Shown one piece after another: positions 43,485 to 53,234 of a stretch of 64,000 nucleotides of DNA (position 1 is its first letter; every line of letters starts with the position of its first letter). The stretch is taken from assembly GCA_021159885.1 (NCBI GenBank), contig JAGHDO010000033.1, forward strand, positions 7,370-71,369. Direction: 5' to 3'. The notes under the pieces are model-generated. The model was not told where the DNA came from. It ran no database searches and saw nothing but the letters and a program-made list of their open reading frames with translations. The translations under genes were made by a program, and so were the position numbers. Source of the DNA: Synergistota bacterium. GTDB taxonomy: Bacteria > Synergistota > GBS-1.

Positions 43485-44077
43485 TATTTAACTCCCCCCC
43501 TTTTAAGGGAAACAACTATAAAGTGTCCCACAAATACCTCTCTATCATCCACAAATGAATGAACTGATATCAAAAATTTATTTCCCTTTCTCTTAGCCAC
43601 TCTACCCCGTGCTACTATCCTATCTCCGACTCTTACAGGAGATTTAAAGCTCACTCGCGCTCTGCCTATAAGTACTTCCTCAGAACCTATTAAAGCGATA
43701 GCAAGAGAGCTTGCCTGAGCGAAAGTATAGCTTTCCCTTATAATATCGCTATTCTTAAAAGCCATCCCTTTTGTCGTCTCAAGGACAGAGATTCCTCTCT
43801 CATTTATCTCAAGCTCGACAAGCTCTCCCATCATCTCATCAGGAGTTATAGACCTAAGTCTATAACGCGCTTCCTCAGCCATTTTTCTCATACGCTCTCT
43901 AACCTCGGGAATGCCCAACCTCGCTCTATCCAGCCTTATCGTGGAAACACTGACATTAAGCCTCTCTGCAAGTTCCTCATCAGTAAGAAGAGGATTCTCC
44001 GATATCAACCTTTTCAGGCTTTTTTCCCTCTCAATTTTTCTCGTTCTTCTTAAAAGACCTGCAGATGTTTTCTTCAA
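43484..44077 (-). CDS. fapR: Fatty-acid/phospholipid synthesis regulator FapR (N-terminal HTH plus hot-dog thioesterase-like effector domain)
   Basis: LTDEELAERLNVSVSTIRLDR helix-turn-helix, C-terminal hot-dog fold; first gene of the fab/pls operon. Confidence 0.75.
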   Translation of the reverse strand: MKKTSAGLLRRTRKIEREKSLKRLISENPLLTDEELAERLNVSVSTIRLDRARLGIPEVRERMRKMAEEARYRLRSITPDEMMGELVELEINERGISVLETTKGMAFKNSDIIRESYTFAQASSLAIALIGSEEVLIGRARVSFKSPVRVGDRIVARGRVAKRKGNKFLISVHSFVDDREVFVGHFIVVSLKRGGVK

Positions 44078-44096
44078 CCTAAAAGCACCTCATAAT

Positions 44097-44151
44097 AGCA
44101 GGTGTTATTAACTGCTCCCAAATTATAACAGACCACCCCCCTTTTTTCAAG
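44097..44151 (-). promoter_or_regulatory. fapR promoter (-35 TTGAAA, 16-17-nt spacer, -10 TATAAT), followed downstream by a 20-bp imperfect palindrome AGCAGGTGTTATTAACTGCT (44097-44116) that is a candidate autoregulatory operator
   Basis: The minus-strand reads cTTGAAAaaaggggggtggtctgTTATAATttgggAGCAGttaataacacCTGCTattatgaggtg. Confidence 0.45.
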
Positions 44152-44179
44152 CTGCTCGTGCATTTGGGACTTAACTTAA

Positions 44180-44223
44180 GAAACCTTTTCTGATATAATC
44201 AGGTTATAAAGGTATACTAAGTA
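44180..44223 (+). promoter_or_regulatory. Promoter region of the TRAP/ABC/aminotransferase operon: extended -10 TGATATAAT, then a perfect 7-1-7 palindrome GTATACTAAGTATAC (part of the tandem GTATACTAA GTATACTAA) as a candidate operator
   Basis: Reads ttctgaTATAATcaggttataaagGTATACTAAGTATACTAAAtct, about 30 nt upstream of the AGGAGGTG RBS of the TAXI gene. Confidence 0.4.
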
Positions 44224-44253
44224 TACTAAATCTAACCAGGAGGTGGTCGCGGT

Positions 44254-45255
44254 ATGCGGAAGTGGGGGTGGCTTATAGTTACTGTAGCTCTGATCATTGG
44301 TATATGTAGCGTAGCGGGAGCCGTAACGTTCATAAGGATTACCACCGCTACGACAGGTGGAACTTACTATCCTGTAGGAGTCGGAATGGCTACGCTCTGG
44401 ACTGAAAAGCTTGCAAGCCAGGGCATCAAAGCAAGGGCGATGTCTTCCGCCGGATGGGTCGAAAATGTCGATATAATGAGGAAGCACGAGGCAGAGCTTG
44501 GAATCATGCAGGGATTGGCGCAAGTTCTCGCGTGGGAAGGGAAAGGCATGTTCAAGGGACATCCCTACAAGGAGCTAAGATCCATAACTGCCCTATGGCC
44601 CAATGTTGAGCACTTCATTCTCGTAAAGAGCAAGGTTAAGACCGGAACCGTAATTGACATAAAGGGAACACACTTCTGTCCAGGAGCAACGGGAAGCGGA
44701 ACCCTCATGTCTACCACATACATAATGAAAGCCCTTGGCTTAACCTTAAAAGACATTAAACCCGAGTTCGTGAGATACAACGAAGCAGCAAGAGCTATAC
44801 TGGATGGAAGGCTTGATGGCGCTTCCATAGTTGGTGGGCCACCCGTATCTGCCGTAACCCAGCTTTTCGCAGCTCCCGGCGGCGTTAAAATCAAAGTTCT
44901 TGAATTCTCAGATGAACAGTTAAAGAAGATTCAGAAGCTTCTTCCGTTCTATTTCCGCTATATCATAGAGCCAGGAACCTATCCAAATCAGAAAGAGCCG
45001 ATAAGAACAGCCGCTCAGCCGAACTGGCTCGCCGCCAGAAAGGACGTTCCCGCAGATGTCGTTTATAAGCTTACCAAGACCCTGTGGGAAAACCTTGATT
45101 ATATGCTCAAGGTACATAAAGCTTGTAAGTTCCTCAAGCTTGAGAATGCTCTTAGCGGTTTAACGGTTCCCCTTCACCCCGGGGCTTACAAGTACTACAA
45201 AGAGAAGGGCTTGAAGATACCTGATTATCTCGTTCCACCAGAGCTGAAGAAATAG
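44254..45255 (+). CDS. TRAP transporter, TAXI-family periplasmic solute-binding protein
   Basis: Signal peptide followed by GGTYYPVGVGMATLW, typical of the TAXI family. Confidence 0.85.
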   Translation: MRKWGWLIVTVALIIGICSVAGAVTFIRITTATTGGTYYPVGVGMATLWTEKLASQGIKARAMSSAGWVENVDIMRKHEAELGIMQGLAQVLAWEGKGMFKGHPYKELRSITALWPNVEHFILVKSKVKTGTVIDIKGTHFCPGATGSGTLMSTTYIMKALGLTLKDIKPEFVRYNEAARAILDGRLDGASIVGGPPVSAVTQLFAAPGGVKIKVLEFSDEQLKKIQKLLPFYFRYIIEPGTYPNQKEPIRTAAQPNWLAARKDVPADVVYKLTKTLWENLDYMLKVHKACKFLKLENALSGLTVPLHPGAYKYYKEKGLKIPDYLVPPELKK

Positions 45256-45287
45256 CCCCTAAAATCTTAAAAGCACCTTCGCTTTTT

Positions 45288-45326
45288 AAAAGAGGACGGG
45301 TTATAATATACCCGTCCTCTTTTAAA
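45288..45326 (+). terminator. Intercistronic hairpin between the TAXI binding-protein gene and the permease gene (14-bp perfect stem, 8-nt loop, U-rich 3' end). Likely a partial terminator/attenuator.
   Basis: AAAAGAGGACGGGT-tataatat-ACCCGTCCTCTTTT, followed by AAATTCC. Confidence 0.5.
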
Positions 45327-45355
45327 TTCCCTTTAAGGATTGGAGGAGATAAACC

Positions 45356-47203
45356 ATGAGAAGAGAGCTCGAGGGCAAATACAAAACCATCGTAGCCTTA
45401 ATAGCAATATCTTTTTCAGTATTTGAGCTGTGGGTAAACAGCTTTGGAATAATGCTTGATATAAAGAGAAACGCTATTCATTTAGCTTTTCTTTTTATGC
45501 TGGTATTCCTACTCCACCCTGCGACGAAAAGGTCAGATACTCAAAAGCCCAGCAAGCTGGACATAATATTAGCCGCCCTTGGCTTATCAACGGGACTTTA
45601 TATCCTCTTCTTTTACGACGATCTCTTTAACAGAATGGGAATAGCTATAACAAGAGACTATATATTCGCTGTAATATGCATCGTTCTACTGATTGAAGCA
45701 GCAAGAAGAAGCGTAGGATGGGTTTTCACGGGATTGGTTCTCTTCTTTCTGTTTTATGTGAGATACGGTTATATTTTTCCAGGGCTTTTCCAGCAACCAG
45801 GCGTTCACTGGACGAGAGTGCTTTACAGAATGTATCTAACATCTGAGGGAATTTTTGGGATAACACTGTCAGTATCATCTACCTTTATATATTTGTTCAT
45901 TCTCTTTAGCGCTTTTCTCGAAGCCGGAGGCGCAGCAGACTTCTTTAACGATCTAGCCTTAGCCATAGCGGGATCAAAGCGTGGAGGTCCCGCCTTCGTC
46001 GCAGTGATAGCAAGCGCTCTTATGGGAACCCTAAGCGGAAGTGCGGTGGCAAACGTAGCAACGACAGGAAGTTTTACAATTCCTCTAATGAAGAGAGTCG
46101 GCTATAGACCATATTTTGCAGGCGCAGTTGAAGCCGCCTCCTCAACGGGAGGGCAAATCATGCCTCCTATAATGGGAGCTGCTGCGTTTGTCATGGCTTC
46201 ATTTCTTCAGATATCCTATGTTCAAATAATGATAGCGGGTCTTATTCCCGCATTCTTATACTACCTGGCGATAGCAGCTAACATATACCTCGAAGCGAAA
46301 AAGCTTGGGCTCAAAGGCTTACCGAAAGAGGAACTCCCATCACTTAGAGAGGTTCTTTTAAAGAGAGGCCAGATGATAGCTCCGCTTATAGTTATAATAT
46401 ATTATCTACTCACAGGAAGAACTCCTCTAATGGCAGGTTTCGCAGGAATTATAACCACTGTACTTGTGAGTTTCCTGAGAAAGGAAACAATGTTTACCCC
46501 CAGAAAACTCTTAAGAGCCCTTGAGCGAGGCGCATATTCAGCTATACAGGTGGGAATCGCTTGTGCAGCTTGTGGAATAATCGTAGGAGTCGCAGCAGTT
46601 ACAGGTATAGGCTCCGTAATAGCGTATCACCTTATAGAGCTTTCCGGTGGCATACCTCTCATTTCCCTTTTCATGGTTATGGCAACGGCAATAATCTTGA
46701 GCATGGGGTTACCCTCAACAGCACTTTATATAGTGGTAGCTACAGTTGCAGCACCAGCTTTAATAAAGCTGAAGTTCCTGCCGTTAGCAGCTCACTTCTT
46801 CGTTTTCTATTTCGGGGCCTTGTCCAATGTAACTCCCCCAGTAGCCCTTGCTTCATATACGGCAGCGGGAATAGCAGGCTCTGAACCCGCAAAAACTGCT
46901 TTAGCCGCCCTGAGATTAACTCTTGCGGGATTCATTATTCCGTTTATATACACGTTCAATCCCATGCTATTGGCTCAAAATATTTCTCTTCTCCCCTTCC
47001 TTAAATCGATAGGAGAGTGTATTATAGGAGTATGGGCTCTTGCTATAGGAGCTTCTGGCTATCTCTGGAAAGAAATTCCTTTATGGGAAAGAACTTTATT
47101 TATAATCGCTGCTGTTTTGCTTCTTTTACCGATAAAGATGTCCTCTATATACGGAATAATTTTACTTATCACCTTAATGTTTAAGGAAAGATGGAAGCGC
47201 TGA
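45356..47203 (+). CDS. TRAP transporter fused permease (DctQ-DctM fusion; TAXI-associated 4TM/12TM type)
   Basis: 615-aa polytopic membrane protein. Confidence 0.85.
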   Translation: MRRELEGKYKTIVALIAISFSVFELWVNSFGIMLDIKRNAIHLAFLFMLVFLLHPATKRSDTQKPSKLDIILAALGLSTGLYILFFYDDLFNRMGIAITRDYIFAVICIVLLIEAARRSVGWVFTGLVLFFLFYVRYGYIFPGLFQQPGVHWTRVLYRMYLTSEGIFGITLSVSSTFIYLFILFSAFLEAGGAADFFNDLALAIAGSKRGGPAFVAVIASALMGTLSGSAVANVATTGSFTIPLMKRVGYRPYFAGAVEAASSTGGQIMPPIMGAAAFVMASFLQISYVQIMIAGLIPAFLYYLAIAANIYLEAKKLGLKGLPKEELPSLREVLLKRGQMIAPLIVIIYYLLTGRTPLMAGFAGIITTVLVSFLRKETMFTPRKLLRALERGAYSAIQVGIACAACGIIVGVAAVTGIGSVIAYHLIELSGGIPLISLFMVMATAIILSMGLPSTALYIVVATVAAPALIKLKFLPLAAHFFVFYFGALSNVTPPVALASYTAAGIAGSEPAKTALAALRLTLAGFIIPFIYTFNPMLLAQNISLLPFLKSIGECIIGVWALAIGASGYLWKEIPLWERTLFIIAAVLLLLPIKMSSIYGIILLITLMFKERWKR

Positions 47204-47958
47204 GGGCAATAGGAATATATAAAGGCTTTGGAAAGCTACAGGTTCTCAGAGGAATAAGTCTCTCTGTGAGAAAGGGCGAGGTTCTCTCAATTATAGGACC
47301 AAGCGGGTCGGGGAAAAGCACCTTGCTAAGATGCCTTTGCGGATTGGAAAAAATAGACGCGGGAGAAATATATATAAATGGGGAGAAGCTCACGCTAGGT
47401 AAGTTCAGCCATAGGCATCTCGCAACTAAGATAGGCATGATTTTTCAAAGCTTTAATCTATTTCCACACATGACGGCACTGGAGAACGTCATCTTAGCTC
47501 CTATGAAGGTTAAGGGTATGAAAAGAAGTGAGGCTGAAAGACTTGCTAAGGATCTCCTTGAACGAGTGGGACTCGGTGATAAGATAGATCACCGCCCTTC
47601 ACAGCTATCTGGAGGTCAACAACAGAGAGTGGCTATTGCAAGAGCCTTGGCAATGCAACCCGATATAATGCTATTTGATGAGCCAACATCTGCTCTTGAT
47701 CCAGAGCTCGTTGGAGAGGTTCTTGATGTTATAGCCAAGCTCGCTAAAGAAGGGATGACCATGATAATAGTAACTCATGAAATGCTCTTTGCCAAGGAAA
47801 TTTCTAATCGCGTGATCTTTATGGCAGATGGCGTTATAGTAGAAGAAGGATCACCAGAACACATATTCATCCACCCATCGAATCCCAGAACCAGAGCCTT
47901 CCTAAGCAGGCTCTTACCCCATTTCGGAAAATCCTTGATCAAGGAGGATGTGGAGTGA
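47191..47958 (+). CDS. Polar amino-acid ABC transporter ATP-binding protein
   Basis: Walker [25 protein letters not shown] signature, Walker [12 protein letters not shown]. Confidence 0.9.
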   Translation: MEALRAIGIYKGFGKLQVLRGISLSVRKGEVLSIIGPSGSGKSTLLRCLCGLEKIDAGEIYINGEKLTLGKFSHRHLATKIGMIFQSFNLFPHMTALENVILAPMKVKGMKRSEAERLAKDLLERVGLGDKIDHRPSQLSGGQQQRVAIARALAMQPDIMLFDEPTSALDPELVGEVLDVIAKLAKEGMTMIIVTHEMLFAKEISNRVIFMADGVIVEEGSPEHIFIHPSNPRTRAFLSRLLPHFGKSLIKEDVE

Positions 47959-48608
47959 AGTTAGATTTTTCCATAGTTATTCCCTATCTGCCGATGTTTC
48001 TCAAGGGTACAAAGGTAACCATAGAGGCAAGCGTAATGGCAATCCTCATTGGACTTGCGATAGGAACGATCGTAGGCATAGGACGAGTTATACCCCTTAA
48101 GCCCATAAACTTCATAGCATGGCTATATGTATACGTAATAAGGGGAACACCTCTTTTAGTTCAGCTCTTTTTGATCTACTTTGGACTTCCATCCCTCGGT
48201 ATTGAGCTTGAGGCATTCCCAGCAGGCGTTATAGGCTTGGGAATCAATAGCGGAGGATATGTAGCTGAAATCGTTCGTGGAGGAATAGAAGCGGTTCCTA
48301 AAGGACAGCTTGAAGCAGCAAAGGTCTTGGGATTAAGCTACTTCCAAACTATGTGGTATATAGTTCTACCTCAAGCCATAAGAAATATGCTTCCTGCACT
48401 CGGAAATGAGTTTGTAACGCTCGTAAAGCAATCCGCTCTTCTGTCAACCCTTGCCATAACGGAACTCACCATGGTTGGACAGCAAGTTAGAAGCGTAACT
48501 TTTGCCTCTTTTGAAGTTTTCATAACGGTAGCTTTAATATATCTCGCCTTAACCACCGTGGTTAGCACGCTTGTAAGGCACGTAGAAAGGAGGTGGCAGG
48601 TAAGATAA
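47955..48608 (+). CDS. Polar amino-acid ABC transporter permease (His/Glu/Gln/Arg/opine family)
   Basis: 217 aa, 5 TM helices. Confidence 0.85.
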   Translation: MKLDFSIVIPYLPMFLKGTKVTIEASVMAILIGLAIGTIVGIGRVIPLKPINFIAWLYVYVIRGTPLLVQLFLIYFGLPSLGIELEAFPAGVIGLGINSGGYVAEIVRGGIEAVPKGQLEAAKVLGLSYFQTMWYIVLPQAIRNMLPALGNEFVTLVKQSALLSTLAITELTMVGQQVRSVTFASFEVFITVALIYLALTTVVSTLVRHVERRWQVR

Positions 48609-49735
48609 AAGAATTGCTTTCTAAAAGAATAAATGAGCTTGAAACGCATTCCATTTTAGAAGTTGCTATGGAAGCAACCCCCGAGACTACTGATCTAACC
48701 GTGGGAGATCCAGATCTCCCACCAGATCCCTGTGTTAAGGAAGGAATTTCAGGAGCTCTCGAGAGGGATCTAACAAAGTATACCCCTGACGAGGGAATCC
48801 TCGAGCTGAGAGAAGCTATAGCAGAGGACCTAAAGCATCGCTATGGCGTAAGCTATACACCGGACGAGATAATAATCACCCCTGGAGGAGCAGGAGCCAT
48901 ATTTGCAAGCCTCATAGCATTATTAAACGAGGGAGACAAAGCCATACTCCAATCACCCTGGTATCCTGGACATCTGAGAGCCTTAAACCTTTTGAGAGCT
49001 AAAACTTTCCCTTTTAAGACATACGATAAAGGATTTCCAATAGAGCCGAACTTAAACAACCTTCCCAGGGATGCTAAGGTTATACTTCTATGCTCTCCAA
49101 ATAACCCGACAGGAGCAGTTTTAAAACACGAAGATTTTGAAAAAATTCTTCATTTTTCTGAGAAAAACGATCTTATAATTTTAGTGGATATAGCGTATGA
49201 AGCTTTGACTGATGAGGGGAAGATACCCCTACCTGTAGAACTCAAGGGAGGAAAGAAAAGAACCGTTCTTATAGGTTCCTTTTCAAAATGCTATTGCATA
49301 ACAGGTTTACGAATCGGTTTCATCGCAGCACCTAAGGAAATCGCGCATGGAGCAAAGAAGGCGGTATCCACTTTTAGCTTCTGTGCCAATTCTATAACCC
49401 AGTACGGAGTTTTAAACGCCTTTAAGAAAGGAAACCCGTATCTTCCCAGGCTCAGAGAAGAGTTCAAAAGGAGACGAAATACAGCTTACCAAACTCTTAA
49501 GAAAGGCGGCCTGAACTTTGCTAAACCGGAGGGGGGCTTTTTCCTTTTCCCATTCTTTGGAAATGAAATAACAGACAAGGAAAGAGCTACAAAGTTTATA
49601 AGAAAAGCAGGAGTTTTAACCGTTCCAGGATTCCCGTTCTTTGGACCAGATGGAAAGGGGCATCTTAGAATAGCCCTAACTCGATCAGAAGAGGAGCTTA
49701 GGAAAGCTTTAGAAAGAATGGTTAAAGCGCTATAA
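48593..49735 (+). CDS. Class I/II PLP-dependent aminotransferase (aspartate/aromatic aminotransferase-like)
   Basis: NPTGAV and SFSKCYCITGLRIGF (PLP-binding Lys in the SxSKxxxxxGxRxG motif). Confidence 0.8.
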   Translation: MAGKIKELLSKRINELETHSILEVAMEATPETTDLTVGDPDLPPDPCVKEGISGALERDLTKYTPDEGILELREAIAEDLKHRYGVSYTPDEIIITPGGAGAIFASLIALLNEGDKAILQSPWYPGHLRALNLLRAKTFPFKTYDKGFPIEPNLNNLPRDAKVILLCSPNNPTGAVLKHEDFEKILHFSEKNDLIILVDIAYEALTDEGKIPLPVELKGGKKRTVLIGSFSKCYCITGLRIGFIAAPKEIAHGAKKAVSTFSFCANSITQYGVLNAFKKGNPYLPRLREEFKRRRNTAYQTLKKGGLNFAKPEGGFFLFPFFGNEITDKERATKFIRKAGVLTVPGFPFFGPDGKGHLRIALTRSEEELRKALERMVKAL

Positions 49736-49772
49736 AAATAAAAAAAGGGGGAGGCTCCTCCCCCTTTAAAAC
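49734..49772. terminator. Bidirectional intrinsic terminator between the convergent aminotransferase (+) and binding-protein (-) genes
   Basis: GGGGGAGG-ct-CCTCCCCC stem at 49747-49764. The A-run at 49734-49746 gives a long U-tract on the minus strand; TTT follows on the plus strand. Confidence 0.7.
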
Positions 49773-50540
49773 TCACTGTTTAAACCACTTATCAAGCAAA
49801 TCTTGAAGTTCCCCGCTTTTCTTCATATCCTCTATAGCCTTATTGATAGCTTTGAGAAGCTCTTTATCCTCCTTTCTTACAGCAAGAGCCTTACCTGCCT
49901 CTGTAATGACCTGATCGAAGGCTATCTTCACCTTTCCCTTAAAATCCTTGCTCTTACAGTATTTGAGAGCTACAACTTTATCCATAAGAGTTGCATCGGC
50001 TCTACCGAGAACTACCTCTCTAACACAATCATCGAATTTCTGAAACCTCTTCATCTTAACGCCGGGTATGGATGAACAGAAGGTATCCTGAACCGTTCCG
50101 AGCTGAACAGCTATGGTTTTTCCCTCAAGATCTTTAAGGCTCTTTATAGAATTATCGTCTGCCCTTACCAAAAACGAGCTAAGGCTTATATAGTAAGGAA
50201 TAGAAAAAGCAACTCTCTTTGCCCTCTCCTTGGTAGCAGACATACCAGCTGCTATCACGTCTATCTTACCTGCGAGAAGCGCGGGGATGAGAGAATCAAA
50301 CGGCATGTCGACCCATTTGATCTTCTTGCCTATCCTTTTAGCGATGGCTTCCATAAGATCGATATCGAATCCTACAAGCTTATTGTTCTTATCCCTAAAC
50401 TCAAATGGGGGATAGGTGCTTTCAGTACCAACCCTTAGCACATCCTTTTTCATAGCGTTAGCCCATACTACTCCTCCAAACGCGAGAAAGATCAAGCTGA
50501 CTAAGACCACCAGACTGACTACCTTGCTTAACTTTCTCAT
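49773..50540 (-). CDS. Amino-acid ABC transporter periplasmic substrate-binding protein (family 3)
   Basis: Signal peptide plus the bacterial extracellular solute-binding protein family 3 fold. Confidence 0.85.
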   Translation of the reverse strand: MRKLSKVVSLVVLVSLIFLAFGGVVWANAMKKDVLRVGTESTYPPFEFRDKNNKLVGFDIDLMEAIAKRIGKKIKWVDMPFDSLIPALLAGKIDVIAAGMSATKERAKRVAFSIPYYISLSSFLVRADDNSIKSLKDLEGKTIAVQLGTVQDTFCSSIPGVKMKRFQKFDDCVREVVLGRADATLMDKVVALKYCKSKDFKGKVKIAFDQVITEAGKALAVRKEDKELLKAINKAIEDMKKSGELQDLLDKWFKQ

Positions 50541-50622
50541 ATCTACTTACCTCCTCCCTTCCGATATTTGTTTCCTCATATTATACCATCTTTGAGCCGT
50601 TTTGATATAATTAGGCAGGGAG

Positions 50623-51048
50623 GTGAATGTAATGATTTTAGAAGTTGATTGGCTTGGCAAAATGGCTTTTAAGGGGAGGGGACCTTCCGGGCACGAAGTG
50701 CTTATGGATGCCTCTATCGAGCATGGGGGAGATGAGAAGGGAATAAGGCCTATTGAGCTTCTTCCCATAGCAGCGGGAGGTTGCTCTGGCATGGACGTGG
50801 TAAACATCCTCAGCAAGATGAGAATCGATCTTAAGGGACTAAAGATCAAGATAGAAGCTGGAAGAAGGGAAGACTATCCCAAAGCCTATACTCGAATGAA
50901 GCTGATATATATATTCAAGGGAATGGATCTCCCTCTCGAAAAGCTAAAGCGAGCTGTTGAGCTATCCATGGAAAAGTATTGCTCGGTTCTCGCAACGCTC
51001 AAGGGAACCGTAGATATAGAATACGAGATAGAAAGAGAGGAGGAGTGA
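50623..51048 (+). CDS. OsmC/Ohr-family peroxiredoxin-like protein
   Basis: 141 aa. Shows the family's two-Cys pattern and the MEKYCSVL motif near the C-terminus (first Cys in GGCSGMD). Upstream extended -10 TGATATAAT and RBS GGGAGGTG. Confidence 0.8.
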   Translation: MNVMILEVDWLGKMAFKGRGPSGHEVLMDASIEHGGDEKGIRPIELLPIAAGGCSGMDVVNILSKMRIDLKGLKIKIEAGRREDYPKAYTRMKLIYIFKGMDLPLEKLKRAVELSMEKYCSVLATLKGTVDIEYEIEREEE

Positions 51049-51051
51049 GAA

Positions 51052-51669
51052 TTGAAAAAGAAGTGGATCATAGCGGTAATTTTAGCAGTATGGTTATTTA
51101 TCCCCATAAGCATGGCGCTTGCCCAGAGCGCAGAGAAGAAAGACAATCCGCTTGCTCTGGCAGACAAGGTAAAACAGCTCATAGCAAAGAAGGACTACAA
51201 AAACGCGTTGATTAAAGCAAGGGAACTCTATCTTTCACTATGGAATAAATCCCCCTTGCTTTTGAAAAAGTCCCTACTGGTTGAAGATGAACCTCAAGGA
51301 GTAGGAATATACACTGAAAGGAAGAATAACAAGTTTGCAGAAGGAGATCCTATATATATCTATGTTGAACCCATGGGATACACCGTAATTAAGAAGGGAG
51401 ACATCTATAACTTCGGCTTAATAGCAGACTTTGCCATTCTTGACCAGGATGGAAATCATCTATATGAGAAGAAAAACTTCGGAAGATGGAGCATGAAATC
51501 GAGAGATTTTAACACAGAATTTTTCCTGTTTCTGAGATACTCCTTCACTGGAATAAAACCAGGCAAATATAAGATAATAACCACCCTTAAGGACATGAAC
51601 AATCCAGCGAAAAAGGTTGCGGTTATAACTCCAATAGAAATAGTTAAATCCGGTGGATCTACTCAGTAA
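51052..51669 (+). CDS. Hypothetical secreted protein (signal peptide; no recognisable domain)
   Basis: MKKKWIIAVILAVWLFIPISMALAQSA signal peptide; 205 aa. Confidence 0.5.
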   Translation: MKKKWIIAVILAVWLFIPISMALAQSAEKKDNPLALADKVKQLIAKKDYKNALIKARELYLSLWNKSPLLLKKSLLVEDEPQGVGIYTERKNNKFAEGDPIYIYVEPMGYTVIKKGDIYNFGLIADFAILDQDGNHLYEKKNFGRWSMKSRDFNTEFFLFLRYSFTGIKPGKYKIITTLKDMNNPAKKVAVITPIEIVKSGGSTQ

Positions 51670-52411
51670 TTTTCCTTAAAAACCTTACAGCTTCCTCCTT
51701 AGTCGCTATATAGCCTCTAAGCTGAGCCTCATACACAAGACTCTTGAGTTTTCCAACTCTTTTGCCAGGAGGAATACGAAGAATCCTCATTATATCATCA
51801 CCACTTAAGAGAGGAGGAGGTTTTTCCTCCTCCTCTCTTAGTTTCTTTTTAATCAAAAGTAGCTTCTTCCTATTATCGAGAAAGGTCTCGGAATAACCAC
51901 AGCTTCCTTTTAAATCCACCTCGGTTAATGAAATTAAATCATCGAGGTAAGGATAAGTTCTTACAAGCTTACGTAGGGTCCTCTCGCTTAGGGGATGATG
52001 GAACTTCATGTGATTTATAACGAGAGAAATCACCTTCCTAACCACGAGACGAATCAGTGGAAACCTGAAGAAAAACCTTCGAGCTATTTTAGCGCTCTCC
52101 CGTTCATGAAAATGATATGTAAGATCTTCTCTTAAAACCGCTTTGCCGACATCATGCAGGAAAGAAGCAAGAATGATCGAAAAGCTATATCCTCCTCTTT
52201 CAGCAACATCAACACAGCGAAGCGTGTGAATCCAAGCATTGCCCTCTGGATGGTAAAATGGATCCTGCTGAGTTTTCTCAAGCTCATCTAATTCAGCACC
52301 GTAAAGTGAAAGCAATCCCTTTATCTTACAGTCTTTCAAAAAGAGAGCTAACCTTCTCTTCCTCAATGCTTTTATAAAAAGCCTTCTCCTAAGAGACCTT
52401 ATTCTCCTCAA
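51659..52411 (-). CDS. HD-domain phosphohydrolase resembling the C-terminal (HD plus tail) half of bacterial CCA-adding enzyme, lacking the nucleotidyltransferase head
   Basis: HTLRCVD...LHDVGK HD motif. C-terminal LSGDDIMRILRIPPGKRVGKLKSLVYEAQLRGYIATKEEAVRFL is typical of CCA-enzyme tails. Confidence 0.65.
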   Translation of the reverse strand: MRRIRSLRRRLFIKALRKRRLALFLKDCKIKGLLSLYGAELDELEKTQQDPFYHPEGNAWIHTLRCVDVAERGGYSFSIILASFLHDVGKAVLREDLTYHFHERESAKIARRFFFRFPLIRLVVRKVISLVINHMKFHHPLSERTLRKLVRTYPYLDDLISLTEVDLKGSCGYSETFLDNRKKLLLIKKKLREEEEKPPPLLSGDDIMRILRIPPGKRVGKLKSLVYEAQLRGYIATKEEAVRFLRKITE

Positions 52412-53234
52412 TTATCTTCTCCAGAAAGCTTGCAACGCCCTCATTCTCATTAGAGGGAATAACAAGATCAGCGCTTTCTTTGACTACATCAGGTGCGTTT
52501 TCCATCGCTACTCCAAGTCCGGCTGAAATTATAGCATCAAGATCGTTAAGATTATCCCCAACGAATATAATCTGATCAAGAGATATCCTATAAAATCGCG
52601 AGAAAAACTCAAGTGATTCTCTTTTGGAGCATCCAGGACCATAAACCTCAAGGAACGCCTCTCCTTTATAAACGGAGTTCATGATAAAGCTCAAACCATC
52701 GCTCCCAAAGGTCTTAATAAACTTTCTAACTTTCTCAAGCTCTCCAACCACTACAAGCTCATTAAAGGAGTGCCATTTCTCAAGAGCGTGAAATATATCT
52801 TTGAGTAAAACGGCGTTCTTTACAGCCTTTTCAAAATAAAAACTGAAAACCGATTCGCGTGGATAATTCCCCTCCATAAAGATGTAAGGGACGCTAAAGG
52901 AAGGGACAAACAAGATCGGAAATAGATCAAGATTCTTAGCAGTTTCCAGCATCGCCCTAAGCTTCTTTAGCGGGAAAATCACAAGCCTGTGAATTTCCCT
53001 CGGGTTAATGGATAATATCAAAGCTCCATTTTGAGTAGAGGCAGGTCCCTCAATTTCAAGGAGCTCTAAATAAGGCTTCGCCGAGGGAAAGGATCTCCCC
53101 GTTGATATCGTGATCTTTAACCCTGCCTTTCGAACATCATCTATGGACCTAAGCACCCGTGGTGTGAGTATCTTATCTGATGTTAAAAGAGTCCCATCGA
53201 GATCGAAAACTATAAGCTTATACTTTCCCTTCAT
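52389..53234 (-). CDS. HAD-superfamily hydrolase, Cof subfamily (IIB)
   Basis: LIVFDLDGTLL motif I, SGR motif II, GDNLNDLD motif IV. Confidence 0.8.
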   Translation of the reverse strand: MKGKYKLIVFDLDGTLLTSDKILTPRVLRSIDDVRKAGLKITISTGRSFPSAKPYLELLEIEGPASTQNGALILSINPREIHRLVIFPLKKLRAMLETAKNLDLFPILFVPSFSVPYIFMEGNYPRESVFSFYFEKAVKNAVLLKDIFHALEKWHSFNELVVVGELEKVRKFIKTFGSDGLSFIMNSVYKGEAFLEVYGPGCSKRESLEFFSRFYRISLDQIIFVGDNLNDLDAIISAGLGVAMENAPDVVKESADLVIPSNENEGVASFLEKIIEENKVS

